Below, one piece after another: positions 8,834-17,645 of a stretch of DNA of 32,000 bases. The position numbers were made by a program, and so were the translations under genes. The stretch's first letter is position 1. Each line of letters starts with the position of its first letter. Below the pieces are notes generated by a model. It was not told the DNA's origin. It ran no database searches and saw only the letters and a program-made list of their open reading frames with translations. Origin of the DNA: Promethearchaeota archaeon (GTDB taxonomy: Archaea > Asgardarchaeota > Lokiarchaeia > Sigyniarchaeales > SOKP01); the NCBI GenBank assembly GCA_030606485.1, contig JAUWGH010000005.1, forward strand, positions 90,001-122,000, in the 5' to 3' direction.

Positions 8834-9862
8834 CTAAAACACCTCCCATTTTCCGCACCTTGACCCCCATCTGGCAATAACTTCATTATTCTCAACGATG
8901 GAGCATTCTACTATGGAGCAATTATTAGGGCAATCCCCACAATTGAACGTTCTCGTCCTAAAATCAATATCAGTCATTCTAAGCCCTCTAAATACTGTAT
9001 CAATTTCATTATTTATATAATATTCTCGTGAAAGAATTGCCATTCCAAGCGCGCCCATGAGTACATTAAGACCATTTTTAGGAACAGTTATTTTACAGCC
9101 TAAGTGTCTTTCAAAAGCTTGAATAATCCCCTTATTAAATGAAACTCCTCCTTGAAATACAATAGGCTCTTCTAAATCTTTTCCTTTTGATAAATTATTT
9201 AAATAATTCCTTACTAAAGAGTCGCATAACCCAGCAATAATATCCTCCTTTGAATATCCAGAATTTTGCTTGTGAATCATGTCTGATTCTGCAAACACGG
9301 TACATCGACCAGCAATTGAAGCAGGATTTTTTGATTTCACGGCATAATCACCAAAATCCTCAATTGGAATATTAAGGCGAGTTGCTTGGTGATCGAGAAA
9401 ACTACCAGTGCCAGCTGCACATACACTATTCATAGCGAAGTCTACAATGATTCCATCCCTGAGAATAATTATCTTTGAGTCCTGGCCCCCAATTTCTAAA
9501 ATGGTTCTTACATCTGGATACAACGACTGAGTTGCCACAGCATGTGCGATTATTTCTGTTTTAGCAAGATCTCCTCCAACCACCGCCTTAGTTAAATATC
9601 TTGCAGATCCAGTGGTTCCACATGCTCTTATTGCATATTCCTGCAGCTCTGGATTTTTCTCAATTTGACTTCTCATTTCTGCCATCCCAAATTTGACGGA
9701 ATCTATTGGACTGCCTTGATTTCGCAAAAAAACTTGAGATAAAACCCTTTGATCATTATCCATTAATACAAATTTGAGGGTAACTGACCCGACATCTATA
9801 CCTAGATAGCTATCGTGTTTTCCATCTTTTGGCACGTGTGTTTTATCGTTAACCTGAACCAT
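8834..9862 (-). CDS. ATP-dependent [4Fe-4S] activase (BadF/BadG/BcrA/BcrD, HgdC-type) with C-terminal Cys-rich linker
   Basis: GIDVGSVTLK, TTGSAR, TEIIAHA, EIGGQDSK, MNSVCAAGTGSFL, IAGRCTVFAES, FQGGV. C-terminal FNCGDCPNNC...WGSRCGKW. Confidence 0.93.
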   Translation of the reverse strand: MVQVNDKTHVPKDGKHDSYLGIDVGSVTLKFVLMDNDQRVLSQVFLRNQGSPIDSVKFGMAEMRSQIEKNPELQEYAIRACGTTGSARYLTKAVVGGDLAKTEIIAHAVATQSLYPDVRTILEIGGQDSKIIILRDGIIVDFAMNSVCAAGTGSFLDHQATRLNIPIEDFGDYAVKSKNPASIAGRCTVFAESDMIHKQNSGYSKEDIIAGLCDSLVRNYLNNLSKGKDLEEPIVFQGGVSFNKGIIQAFERHLGCKITVPKNGLNVLMGALGMAILSREYYINNEIDTVFRGLRMTDIDFRTRTFNCGDCPNNCSIVECSIVENNEVIARWGSRCGKWEVF

Positions 9863-9875
9863 ATTTTATAAACAC

Positions 9876-11066
9876 CTATCCAGCTTGAATAAATTGAAAT
9901 ATAGAATTATATAGGCTACCCCCATGAACCTCATATGAGGGCTCCTTTGATTTCTTTTCTAATTTAATCTCCTTCTTTTGTCTCTTTTGTTTACGCCTTC
10001 CTTGGATTAAATCTACAAATGCTTCTAAACGTGTTCTGAAGCCACTTTCAGCAGCATGTTCATCAAATGAGAAGAAAATTATTGGTAAATTATATTTTTT
10101 ATAAAGAGTATTTGTCAATATTGTTCTAGCTGAGATTTCAGGCATACAAGTGAAAGGATATGCATGGATGAAGCCATCGAAGCCAGACCTTGCTCTATCG
10201 ATATACTCACCTATGACCCATACAGCTTCTCCTCCGATATCCATTGGCATATAAGGGCGAGCTAGATATTCTAACCACTTCCTATGAAAATTTAAATGAA
10301 ATTTATGAATAACCCAATCGTAAACACTTAGATTCTGATATAGTTGAACCCCCATTTCGCCGAGTTTACGCCGAATATCGAGATTATCATGGGATTCTAA
10401 TGTGATATGGATCTCTCCTGATAATGCCACTTTTAAGGGGTCACGACTTCGGTCTATATCAATTTTTTTAAAATCATTTGTGATAACGGATTTAAATTTA
10501 CGTAATTCATTTATTTTATTAGTTTTATCAAGTTTTATTAGGAGTTCCTTTACAACTCGAGTTGTATCCCCCTTATTTCGCTCATAGCATCTAATTAATC
10601 CCTCTGCAGTTGAAATATCTTCGATATATTTTGTTTTTTTTATAAAATATTGAACCGCTTTGACAGCTTTTGTATATAGAAATAGATTTTTTGTTGGAGT
10701 TACATCAAATAGGGTTTTTACCCATTTAAATTCTAATAAGTCTGCTTGGTCAAGAGGTATCACACGAATATTTTTATAACCCATATCATGTAAGATCCGT
10801 TCCTGAACAGCATGGTAAAATCCAAATCTACAGGGCCCACAATCTATAGCCATAACCAAAGTATCCGCTCCCTTCTTAATCGCACTTACAAAATCTCCAA
10901 GAGTTACTTTAAAGGGAAAGCAGACAAACTCAGGAGAGTATTTGACTCCGATTTTCACAGCTTCACGATTCGTGGGATCTGGTAATACCACTTTCACACC
11001 CATACACTCAATGAGAGTCTTGAAAGCAGGCCAACTATACCCCATGTTAGGAAATGATACTATCAT
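9876..11066 (-). CDS. 2-hydroxyacyl-CoA dehydratase-like / PlsR-like Fe-S subunit
   Basis: SFPNMG, SPEFVCFPFKVTLGD, CGPCRFGFY, PFTCMPE, FDEHAAESGFRTRLEAF. Confidence 0.8.
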   Translation of the reverse strand: MIVSFPNMGYSWPAFKTLIECMGVKVVLPDPTNREAVKIGVKYSPEFVCFPFKVTLGDFVSAIKKGADTLVMAIDCGPCRFGFYHAVQERILHDMGYKNIRVIPLDQADLLEFKWVKTLFDVTPTKNLFLYTKAVKAVQYFIKKTKYIEDISTAEGLIRCYERNKGDTTRVVKELLIKLDKTNKINELRKFKSVITNDFKKIDIDRSRDPLKVALSGEIHITLESHDNLDIRRKLGEMGVQLYQNLSVYDWVIHKFHLNFHRKWLEYLARPYMPMDIGGEAVWVIGEYIDRARSGFDGFIHAYPFTCMPEISARTILTNTLYKKYNLPIIFFSFDEHAAESGFRTRLEAFVDLIQGRRKQKRQKKEIKLEKKSKEPSYEVHGGSLYNSIFQFIQAG

Positions 11067-11225
11067 TAAACTCTTATTGCTCCTCTTCTATTTTTATATT
11101 CTGGTTCAATAGCTCTAAGATTTATATCTATTAGACTTAATTTTCTCGAGTTTTTAAATATTTAAATGCAAACGTATTTTCTCAAATAACTTTCTATACA
11201 AATAGGTAAGATCATATAAAAAAAT

Positions 11226-11286
11226 TATGAATTATTTCATATTTTTAGAATTCTTAGAAAATGGCGCTTTAAATTTAAAATGCCAT
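11226..11286. promoter_or_regulatory. Inverted repeats in the intra-cluster gap: TATGAA-N4-TTCATA, and a 26-bp imperfect hairpin (possible terminator/operator)
   Basis: 11226-11241 TATGAATTATTTCATA. 11261-11286 ATGGCGCTTTAAATTTAAAATGCCAT, followed on the minus strand by TTT, about 40 nt after the stop of the 11326 gene. Confidence 0.35.
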
Positions 11287-11325
11287 AAATTTTTTGCTTA
11301 TAAATTTATTTCCCTTCGTTTTTTT

Positions 11326-12444
11326 CTATGCTTCTTCAAAGATTTTTAAATCTTGCTTTTCTTTCATTTCATCTAGTTTTCTTTTTTTCCGTTTAATCAT
11401 TTCCACGAAACTTTCAATTCTTGTAAGCAGTCCAGCTTCACCTGTATGTTCATCCATTATTATCTGCAAGAAAGGAAGCCTAATTACCTTCATATCCCTC
11501 ATAATTAACTCAGCTATCAAGCTGTCGGGGCCACACGCAAAGCTGATTAGAAATATAACTCCGTCAATCTCTTTACGTCCTTGGACTAGATAATATCTAA
11601 TTGCGGCTAAAATCTCGTCTTCATGAAGCCAATATGGTCTAAATTGCTTATTAATAATTACTGGCTCCTTGAATAGTATTTCTGGTAAATTTTCAATAGT
11701 TAGCACATCTACTCCGTGTCTAGTTAGTTTTTTCTGAAAGTCTAAATTCACGTATGTATCAAAAATATTATATCCATGCCCAAGTAGGAGGAATTTAATA
11801 TTTTTGGGGGTTTTCTTTTTAAGCATTTTAAATGGTTTGTCTTTTTCTACTAGTTTTAATGCATATCCAACGGGAGTCCCTTTTCTTAAGAAGTCTTGAT
11901 ATTGTTTATGGTATTTTTTAGCTTTTTCATATGCCTGTAAAGCTTCGCGTTGTCCTTTTCCAAGTGTTTTAGCAAGCGAAATGATTGAATTTGAGATTGG
12001 ATTTTCTTTTACATTAATAGTAAAGGTTAAAATTTTGGGGATATTTGGCAAGGTTCTTATAACATCAGGGAGTGATAAAAACTTAGGACAGAAATATCCC
12101 TCTACTCGCTCGGATACGTATCGTGGGACAAAAATATAATCCAATTCGGGATATTCTCTCATTAAATATAATATATGTCCATAATATACTTTTACAGGCA
12201 AGCAAAGTTCCCCAAATCCTTGAAATGCTCCTTCTTCCACTATTTGCTTATAAGTGGGAGGACTAAGTATAAGTTCGCAACCTAACTCTTCCAATAATTT
12301 TTTCCAAAAAGGAAAAAACCTATAAAAATGAAGAGCTCGGGGAATGCCCACTTTAATTTTCGATTTCTTGTCATATCGATAAGATTTCAACGCACTTTTT
12401 AGATGTTTTAGTTCTCGTTGGTTTGTCGTTTTCTTCGACTGCAT
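11326..12444 (-). CDS. DUF2229 (CoA enzyme activase-related) Fe-S subunit
   Basis: KVGIPRAL..Y..FPFWKKLLEELG, ELCLPVKVYYGH, FCPKFLSLPD, SFACGPDS, DEHTGEAGLLTRIESF. Confidence 0.85.
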   Translation of the reverse strand: MQSKKTTNQRELKHLKSALKSYRYDKKSKIKVGIPRALHFYRFFPFWKKLLEELGCELILSPPTYKQIVEEGAFQGFGELCLPVKVYYGHILYLMREYPELDYIFVPRYVSERVEGYFCPKFLSLPDVIRTLPNIPKILTFTINVKENPISNSIISLAKTLGKGQREALQAYEKAKKYHKQYQDFLRKGTPVGYALKLVEKDKPFKMLKKKTPKNIKFLLLGHGYNIFDTYVNLDFQKKLTRHGVDVLTIENLPEILFKEPVIINKQFRPYWLHEDEILAAIRYYLVQGRKEIDGVIFLISFACGPDSLIAELIMRDMKVIRLPFLQIIMDEHTGEAGLLTRIESFVEMIKRKKRKLDEMKEKQDLKIFEEA

Positions 12445-12467
12445 TCTGGCTGAAAACCTCGAAACAC

Positions 12468-14147
12468 TTACAGATCTGGTGAGTTGTAAACTTGTAAATC
12501 CTTAATTCGAGCCATCATTTTATTTGTTAAATCCTTTAACACTTCAAATGATGGCATTTCTTGTGCATCCCAATATTTTGCGTGTTCCATAAATGGTTCT
12601 CCCGCTTTCAATACACATGCTTTTCCGAAATTGAGCATTTTAGCGTGTTTAGGGTATATGTCCTCAGTCCCGGTTATTCCAACTGGAATAATTGGAACTT
12701 TTGCGTCTATTGCTAATCGAACACATCCTGTATGACCTTCTAATAAATTACCGTGACCACTATTTGTGGTTCCCTCCGGATATGTGCATACAAGATGTTC
12801 CGCCTCTAGCTGTTCTTTAGCATAAAGATAACTTTCTACATCATGCTCACCTCGTTTGAGAGGGAAAGCATGATGACTCCTAACCCATGCATTTACAATC
12901 GGAACTCTAAAGAGTGATTGTTTAGACATTTGATATAATATTCGTTTTGGTTTTTGCGTAATAGCTGTAGCAATCATAATTACATCCCATTCAGAATTAT
13001 GGCTTGGAGCGATCAAGGCGCCTCCTTCTTTTGGAATATACTTATCGAAGTCAATGGTTTTATATGGAATTAATGTATTGCACAATTGATGCACGAGATT
13101 TCCAGAAAACATTTGTATTGCTTCTTGAAAGTGTGTTCGCAAATCAAACACTTCTAAAGCTCTCAAAAATCCATACCATGTATCATCGATTAATTTTAGA
13201 ATTTTTTTACCAGTAGATTTGGGTTTTAACAAACTTTTTAATGCATCATGTTTTTGTAATCTATCCATATCTGATGGAGAATCTATAGAAAGCGAGAGCT
13301 CAGGATCTTTCTCTGATCCCTTGCTATACCCCATTTCAATTAAATCTTTAATTTTTTCTCTAAGTTCATCCGATAATTTCCTGGCATCTGGATAGCTGAG
13401 TTCTTTTCCATAGTAATCAGTGTAATAAATTGGTTTTCCAATACGAACAAGCACTCGTGTAGGCTTCATTAATAATTTACCCTTAGCTAAAGCACCAGAA
13501 GTCCCTAATACACAAGATGGAACAATTGGACAACCTGTTTCTACCGCTAATCGAACAGTACCTGTATGAAATTCTTCTTTGAGAATACCATCATATGAAC
13601 GAGTTCCTTCTGGAAACATACCTAAATATTCCCCATCTAGCATAATTTTTTTTGCTGTGTTATAAGCTTTTGTATCTTTTTCCCCACGATGTAATGGGAA
13701 AGCTCCAAGATTTGTAAAGAGTGTCGTCACTAATGGTGTTTCGAAATTCTCAATTTTACTCATCCAACGAATTCGTCTTTGGATGGATGAACTAACAAAG
13801 AAAGGATCCAAATGTGAAACATGGTTTGACGCAACTATTCCGCCTCCATAATCTGGAAACATTTCTCCTTCAACTCGCAGATCCCAATATATTCGAGCAA
13901 TATTCCGGATAATTGGAAATGCACCCCAATAAAATAGTCTATCGGTTTTTTCTAGTAGATCAAATGTACCAAAAAATTTCCTAACCAATCTGTTTAGCGG
14001 ATCAATCGGATTATATTTCAAGATAAAATTAAGTATTTCTTGAAACTGTTTTGAAGCGCCAGAGACATGCTTCTTCTCCTCTTTAATTTCTTCTCCTTTA
14101 GTTGTTTGTATAGACAAACTTTCGAGATCGATTTCTTCCATTTCCAT
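12468..14147 (-). CDS. plsC: Tandem two-domain PlsC-family glycerolipid acyltransferase
   Basis: Domain 1: NHVSHLD, WMSK, LGAFPLHRG, FPEGTRS, PIVP. Domain 2: SHNSEWD, QMSKQSLF, AFPLKRG, YPEGTT, PIIPVGITG. Both have an intact HxxxxD. Confidence 0.9.
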   Translation of the reverse strand: MEMEEIDLESLSIQTTKGEEIKEEKKHVSGASKQFQEILNFILKYNPIDPLNRLVRKFFGTFDLLEKTDRLFYWGAFPIIRNIARIYWDLRVEGEMFPDYGGGIVASNHVSHLDPFFVSSSIQRRIRWMSKIENFETPLVTTLFTNLGAFPLHRGEKDTKAYNTAKKIMLDGEYLGMFPEGTRSYDGILKEEFHTGTVRLAVETGCPIVPSCVLGTSGALAKGKLLMKPTRVLVRIGKPIYYTDYYGKELSYPDARKLSDELREKIKDLIEMGYSKGSEKDPELSLSIDSPSDMDRLQKHDALKSLLKPKSTGKKILKLIDDTWYGFLRALEVFDLRTHFQEAIQMFSGNLVHQLCNTLIPYKTIDFDKYIPKEGGALIAPSHNSEWDVIMIATAITQKPKRILYQMSKQSLFRVPIVNAWVRSHHAFPLKRGEHDVESYLYAKEQLEAEHLVCTYPEGTTNSGHGNLLEGHTGCVRLAIDAKVPIIPVGITGTEDIYPKHAKMLNFGKACVLKAGEPFMEHAKYWDAQEMPSFEVLKDLTNKMMARIKDLQVYNSPDL

Positions 14148-14158
14148 TTTTTATTACC

Positions 14159-14950
14159 TCATAATGATTCTGTTTTTAATTTTTTTTGAGCTTGAGATTT
14201 AATAATGCGACCAGTTTCGACTCCAAGTAAAGGAAGGATATCAACTATGGATTCTAATAGTAAATCTGGCTCGTATTCAGCTAAAAGTTCCCTTGTACAA
14301 AGACCACTCGATACTCCTATTGTCCAGAAACCTGCTTTTTTACCTGCTTCAATATCTGTAGGCATATCTCCAATAACTATAAAATCCTCTCTATTGTAGG
14401 ATTTATAATGATTCAAGGGAGGTTCAACACTTGCAGGGTCTGGTTTTAATGCTGGGAGTTTATCTTGGCCATAAATATCTAAAAAGTAACTCTCAAGTTC
14501 TTCCCGCCTTAAATGGCGTAAGATACTTTCTGTAATATTATGTGAAATAATAAAAAGATCACAATGTTTTGAGAGAGTTTCTAAAAGTAATTTTGAGCCT
14601 ATATGAAATTTAGCTTCTTTTGAAAATTCTTGATATTTTGCAAATATTTCTATTGCAATTCGTAATTTTTTTAATAACCGGTGATTTTCAAGCACAGTAA
14701 CATATTTAAAAATGCTATAAGATTGGAGTATTATTTGGGACATTGGATATCCTTGAACTGATTCTAAAATTGCGCCGATTTCTTGTAATGAAACATCCAT
14801 GTTTGCATTGATAGAGCGCTTATCGAAAACCTCAGTCACTGCTTCATGCAGAGGTTCTCTAACGTCAAGGAGCACTCCATCAAAATCAAATATCACTCCC
14901 TTAATATTATGCCTTTGAAGCCGTTCAATGAGTTCTTGGTCGCGTTTCAT
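14159..14950 (-). CDS. HAD-superfamily phosphatase
   Basis: IFDFDGVLLD (motif I), ISHN (motif II), KPDP (motif III), IGDMPTDIEAG (motif IV). Confidence 0.9.
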   Translation of the reverse strand: MKRDQELIERLQRHNIKGVIFDFDGVLLDVREPLHEAVTEVFDKRSINANMDVSLQEIGAILESVQGYPMSQIILQSYSIFKYVTVLENHRLLKKLRIAIEIFAKYQEFSKEAKFHIGSKLLLETLSKHCDLFIISHNITESILRHLRREELESYFLDIYGQDKLPALKPDPASVEPPLNHYKSYNREDFIVIGDMPTDIEAGKKAGFWTIGVSSGLCTRELLAEYEPDLLLESIVDILPLLGVETGRIIKSQAQKKLKTESL

Positions 14951-14958
14951 TATTTGTT

Positions 14959-15001
14959 TTTCTCAATTTTGAGAAATTTATTAAAAAATTTGCAAATTTT
15001 T
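14959..15001. promoter_or_regulatory. Two perfect 18-bp palindromes flanking a TATA-like element upstream of the lipid cluster
   Basis: 14959-14976 TTTCTCAA-TT-TTGAGAAA. 14984-15001 AAAAATTTG-CAAATTTTT. The minus strand reads TTTAATAAA at 14985-14977, 27-35 nt upstream of the ATG at 14950. Confidence 0.5.
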
Positions 15002-15303
15002 ATTAAAATCTAGCCTTGGAACTGGCTATATTAATTCAAATAATAACTTATTTGTATAAGGTATTATTTTTATAATACTTTTAATACTTTTCATCTAAAA
15101 CAGAATTTTAATAGTATTATAATTAAAAATCTCTGAATTGATTACCCCTAATAATTCCCAATCCAAAACTAAAAATTAAAGATACAAACCTTTCCCGTAT
15201 GAAAAATAAATAGATTGATGGGAATAAATTGAACTATTTCAGATTTTTATATAAATTTGATATAAAATTTAATGGGAAAAGGTTAAAATTAAGAAATTAA
15301 AAT

Positions 15304-16264
15304 CTAAAATCCCATAAAAAATAACACATATCCAACTATATCAAAACAGACATAGCTTATACAATAAATAACAATAATCCTATTTTGATAATTTTTGTTT
15401 TGAATAAATTGTTTTATATAATTAATAAATGCAGGAAAAATATAGATTTGATGTCGTGGTCCGCTTATACTCGAACGCCATATTAAATTAAGAAAGTCAT
15501 CGTTATAATATGTTGTAGTTCCAACCAATGTCCCACTACTATTGCTTTCAATAAATTCTAAAAATAATCCCTCTTGAAATAAAAATTGGATATTTAGAAT
15601 TAAGAGAAAAAGTCCAAAAAAGAAGAAGAGAATAATTTTTCTAGATGATTTGAGAATTAAAAGTGGAAAAAATATTATTAATGCAGGTTTAAACATTCCT
15701 AAAGCAAGAATTAAACTGGCAATAATATTGCCAAGTATTACGTATTTTTCATCTCGAGATCTTCCTGTTTTTTCTAAAATAAATAAAGAAAATATGCCGC
15801 ATGCCATTAGGATAAAATCTGAATTACCAGAAAAAACCTCGTTAATTATAGCGTAGTTTAAAATTAAAATAAAGAAGGTAATTTTTTCTACATTTGAATA
15901 TTTGTTGTTTTTCAGAATATGATACCAACAAGCAATCAATAAAGAAATGCTTAAAATCCACCAAATGATTAATCCAGATTCAAATGTGAAGAAATTTATA
16001 TAGAAAAAAATAATAAAAAAAGAAGGAGTATAGATAAACCATTTGTATTCGTAAATATTATTCGGAAAATAGGAAAAAGCTTTTTTGAATATCCAATAAT
16101 CAACAAAAGGATGATTATCAGAAAATGGAATAAATGTTAATTTATACCAGATTAAAATGAGATATTATCAATGGATAAAATAAAGCTATTACGATTGCTA
16201 TTTTTTTTATTTTAAAATAGCTTACTTCTAAATAATTCTTTTTTTCTCCAATAACTTTATTCAT
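15304..16264 (-). pseudogene. Frameshifted polytopic membrane protein, GT-C/GT87 (DUF2029)-like
   Basis: The frame of track ORF 15304-15939 is open up to 16164 (..PFVDYWIFKKAFSYFPNNIYEYKWFIYTPSFFIIFF..). An ATG ORF in another frame at 16264-16142 supplies an N-terminal TM helix. Hydrophobic fragments in other frames continue to about 15123. The family call is tentative. Confidence 0.45.
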
Positions 16265-16604
16265 TGTAATTAATTAGAATATTTTTATCTTTTTTATTTA
16301 TAGTTATTTCTTTTGCCTTGGATTTCTATGTAGATATTTCCCTTCTTTTTAAGTTTATTAATAAGATTTATTTATTGAAATTTTCTATTGGTATTTTATC
16401 AGTATTTATCTTAAATCTTATGATATATTCTATTTTTTATTTTTAATGACCCCTCTCTCTCTATAGATAATTGTTCACTTTAAATGTAATAATCACCCAG
16501 ATTTGTAAATAAATAAAAATGCTTTATTTTGAAGAAGACTGAGGAAAAATTAAAAATTTGTCGAGGGGTTAAATAATAAATTTCAGTGAAAATTCTTTAA
16601 TTAG

Positions 16605-17354
16605 ATGGAGTTGCTTTCAGGCTACGCATATCACAAAGAAAACAGCAAATATCCTTTAATTCCGAGTGGGGATTCTAAACTAGATGAATTATTACAAGGG
16701 GGATTTCACAAAGAATTAATATATTTACTATATGGCTCCAAAAAAATCACAAACGATATTTTGCATTCGACGGCGGTAAGTTTTCAAAAAAGATTTCTTG
16801 ATGACGGTCTCGGCGGGAGAATCGCCTACATCGATGCAACAAATAAATTTAGCCCCTATAAAATAAGCACTCTGGCCTTATCAATGCGATTAAGTCCTTC
16901 ACTAGTGTTGGGCAATATTCTGATCTCTCGGGCATTCACATGGCCTCAAATGGTCGAAATATTAGAGAACAAGTTATTAAAGATTGATGATATAAGAATG
17001 GTTCTGGTTTCTGGAATAACCAAGCTATTTGGGAATTATGAACAAAGTACATTTGAAGACTTATCAAGGGCTATAAATGGCATAAAGAAAGTCGCACAAA
17101 AAACGAAATCATTAGTTATTATAACCGCACCACTTCACGAAAATTCTTATGTTCGAGTAAAGGGGGGTAATATACTCTCTCACTTCGCAAATGTATTAGT
17201 TTTAATTAACGATGAGGATCGCTTCACTGAGTATCGACTAATCCAACATCCATACTTGCCTAATAAAAAGGTTGTCAGATGGAAAGCCCGCAAGCAAAAA
17301 GTAGATAGATCTAAAACCTTAAAAAATACGACATTAGATTTTTGGTTTTCCTAA
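16605..17354 (+). CDS. RadA/RecA-fold protein with degenerate Walker motifs (ImuA-like)
   Basis: IPSGDSKLDELLQGGF, AYID..NKFSP, NILISRAFT. The Walker A region reads YGSKKITND and Walker B reads MVLVSGI. Confidence 0.8.
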   Translation: MELLSGYAYHKENSKYPLIPSGDSKLDELLQGGFHKELIYLLYGSKKITNDILHSTAVSFQKRFLDDGLGGRIAYIDATNKFSPYKISTLALSMRLSPSLVLGNILISRAFTWPQMVEILENKLLKIDDIRMVLVSGITKLFGNYEQSTFEDLSRAINGIKKVAQKTKSLVIITAPLHENSYVRVKGGNILSHFANVLVLINDEDRFTEYRLIQHPYLPNKKVVRWKARKQKVDRSKTLKNTTLDFWFS

Positions 17355-17387
17355 AACCAAGCTAAAATAAAAATTGAGGTGAAATAA

Positions 17388-17645
17388 TTGGGTAGAACAG
17401 TTCCGTCTTTCCGTCCAGCGCTTGAAATGGAAATCAAGAGCTGGAAAGATTTCAAAAGAGCTCTAAGACCTGAAGAGAGGAAATTTTTCGATCAAGTAAT
17501 GGATCACGCTCGAATTCACGCTGATGCTGGAAGCATGGCAGCTAGACTTGTGTTATCCGAATTCCTCTTTTTCTCAGTAGCACTTGAACAAGAGAAAAGA
17601 ATTGAGGAACTAGAAAAGAGAATAAGCGAATTGGAAAAAAAGTAA
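17388..17645 (+). CDS. Small helical PolB2-associated protein (arCOG07300-like)
   Basis: MGRTVPSFR...W..FKRALR..ER..FD pattern. TTG start with a GAGGTG RBS. The stop directly abuts the polB start. Confidence 0.75.
   Translation: MGRTVPSFRPALEMEIKSWKDFKRALRPEERKFFDQVMDHARIHADAGSMAARLVLSEFLFFSVALEQEKRIEELEKRISELEKK

Noticed and set aside
8832-8870. Track start at 8870 for the small ORF
   Set aside because: It overlaps the activase C-terminus; ATG 8831 right after the stop is more plausible.
16265-16470. Lys/Ile-rich open stretch on the minus strand after a GAGAGAGAGGGG tract
   Set aside because: No in-frame start codon and stops near the 5' end; about 45 codons; cannot be supported as a gene.
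16579-16594. TTTCA-G-TGAAA dyad containing AATTTC just upstream of the RadA-like gene, resembling the Sulfolobus DNA-damage element ANTTTC
   Set aside because: Only 5-bp arms in very AT-rich DNA; expected by chance, and there is no evidence the Sulfolobus element applies here.
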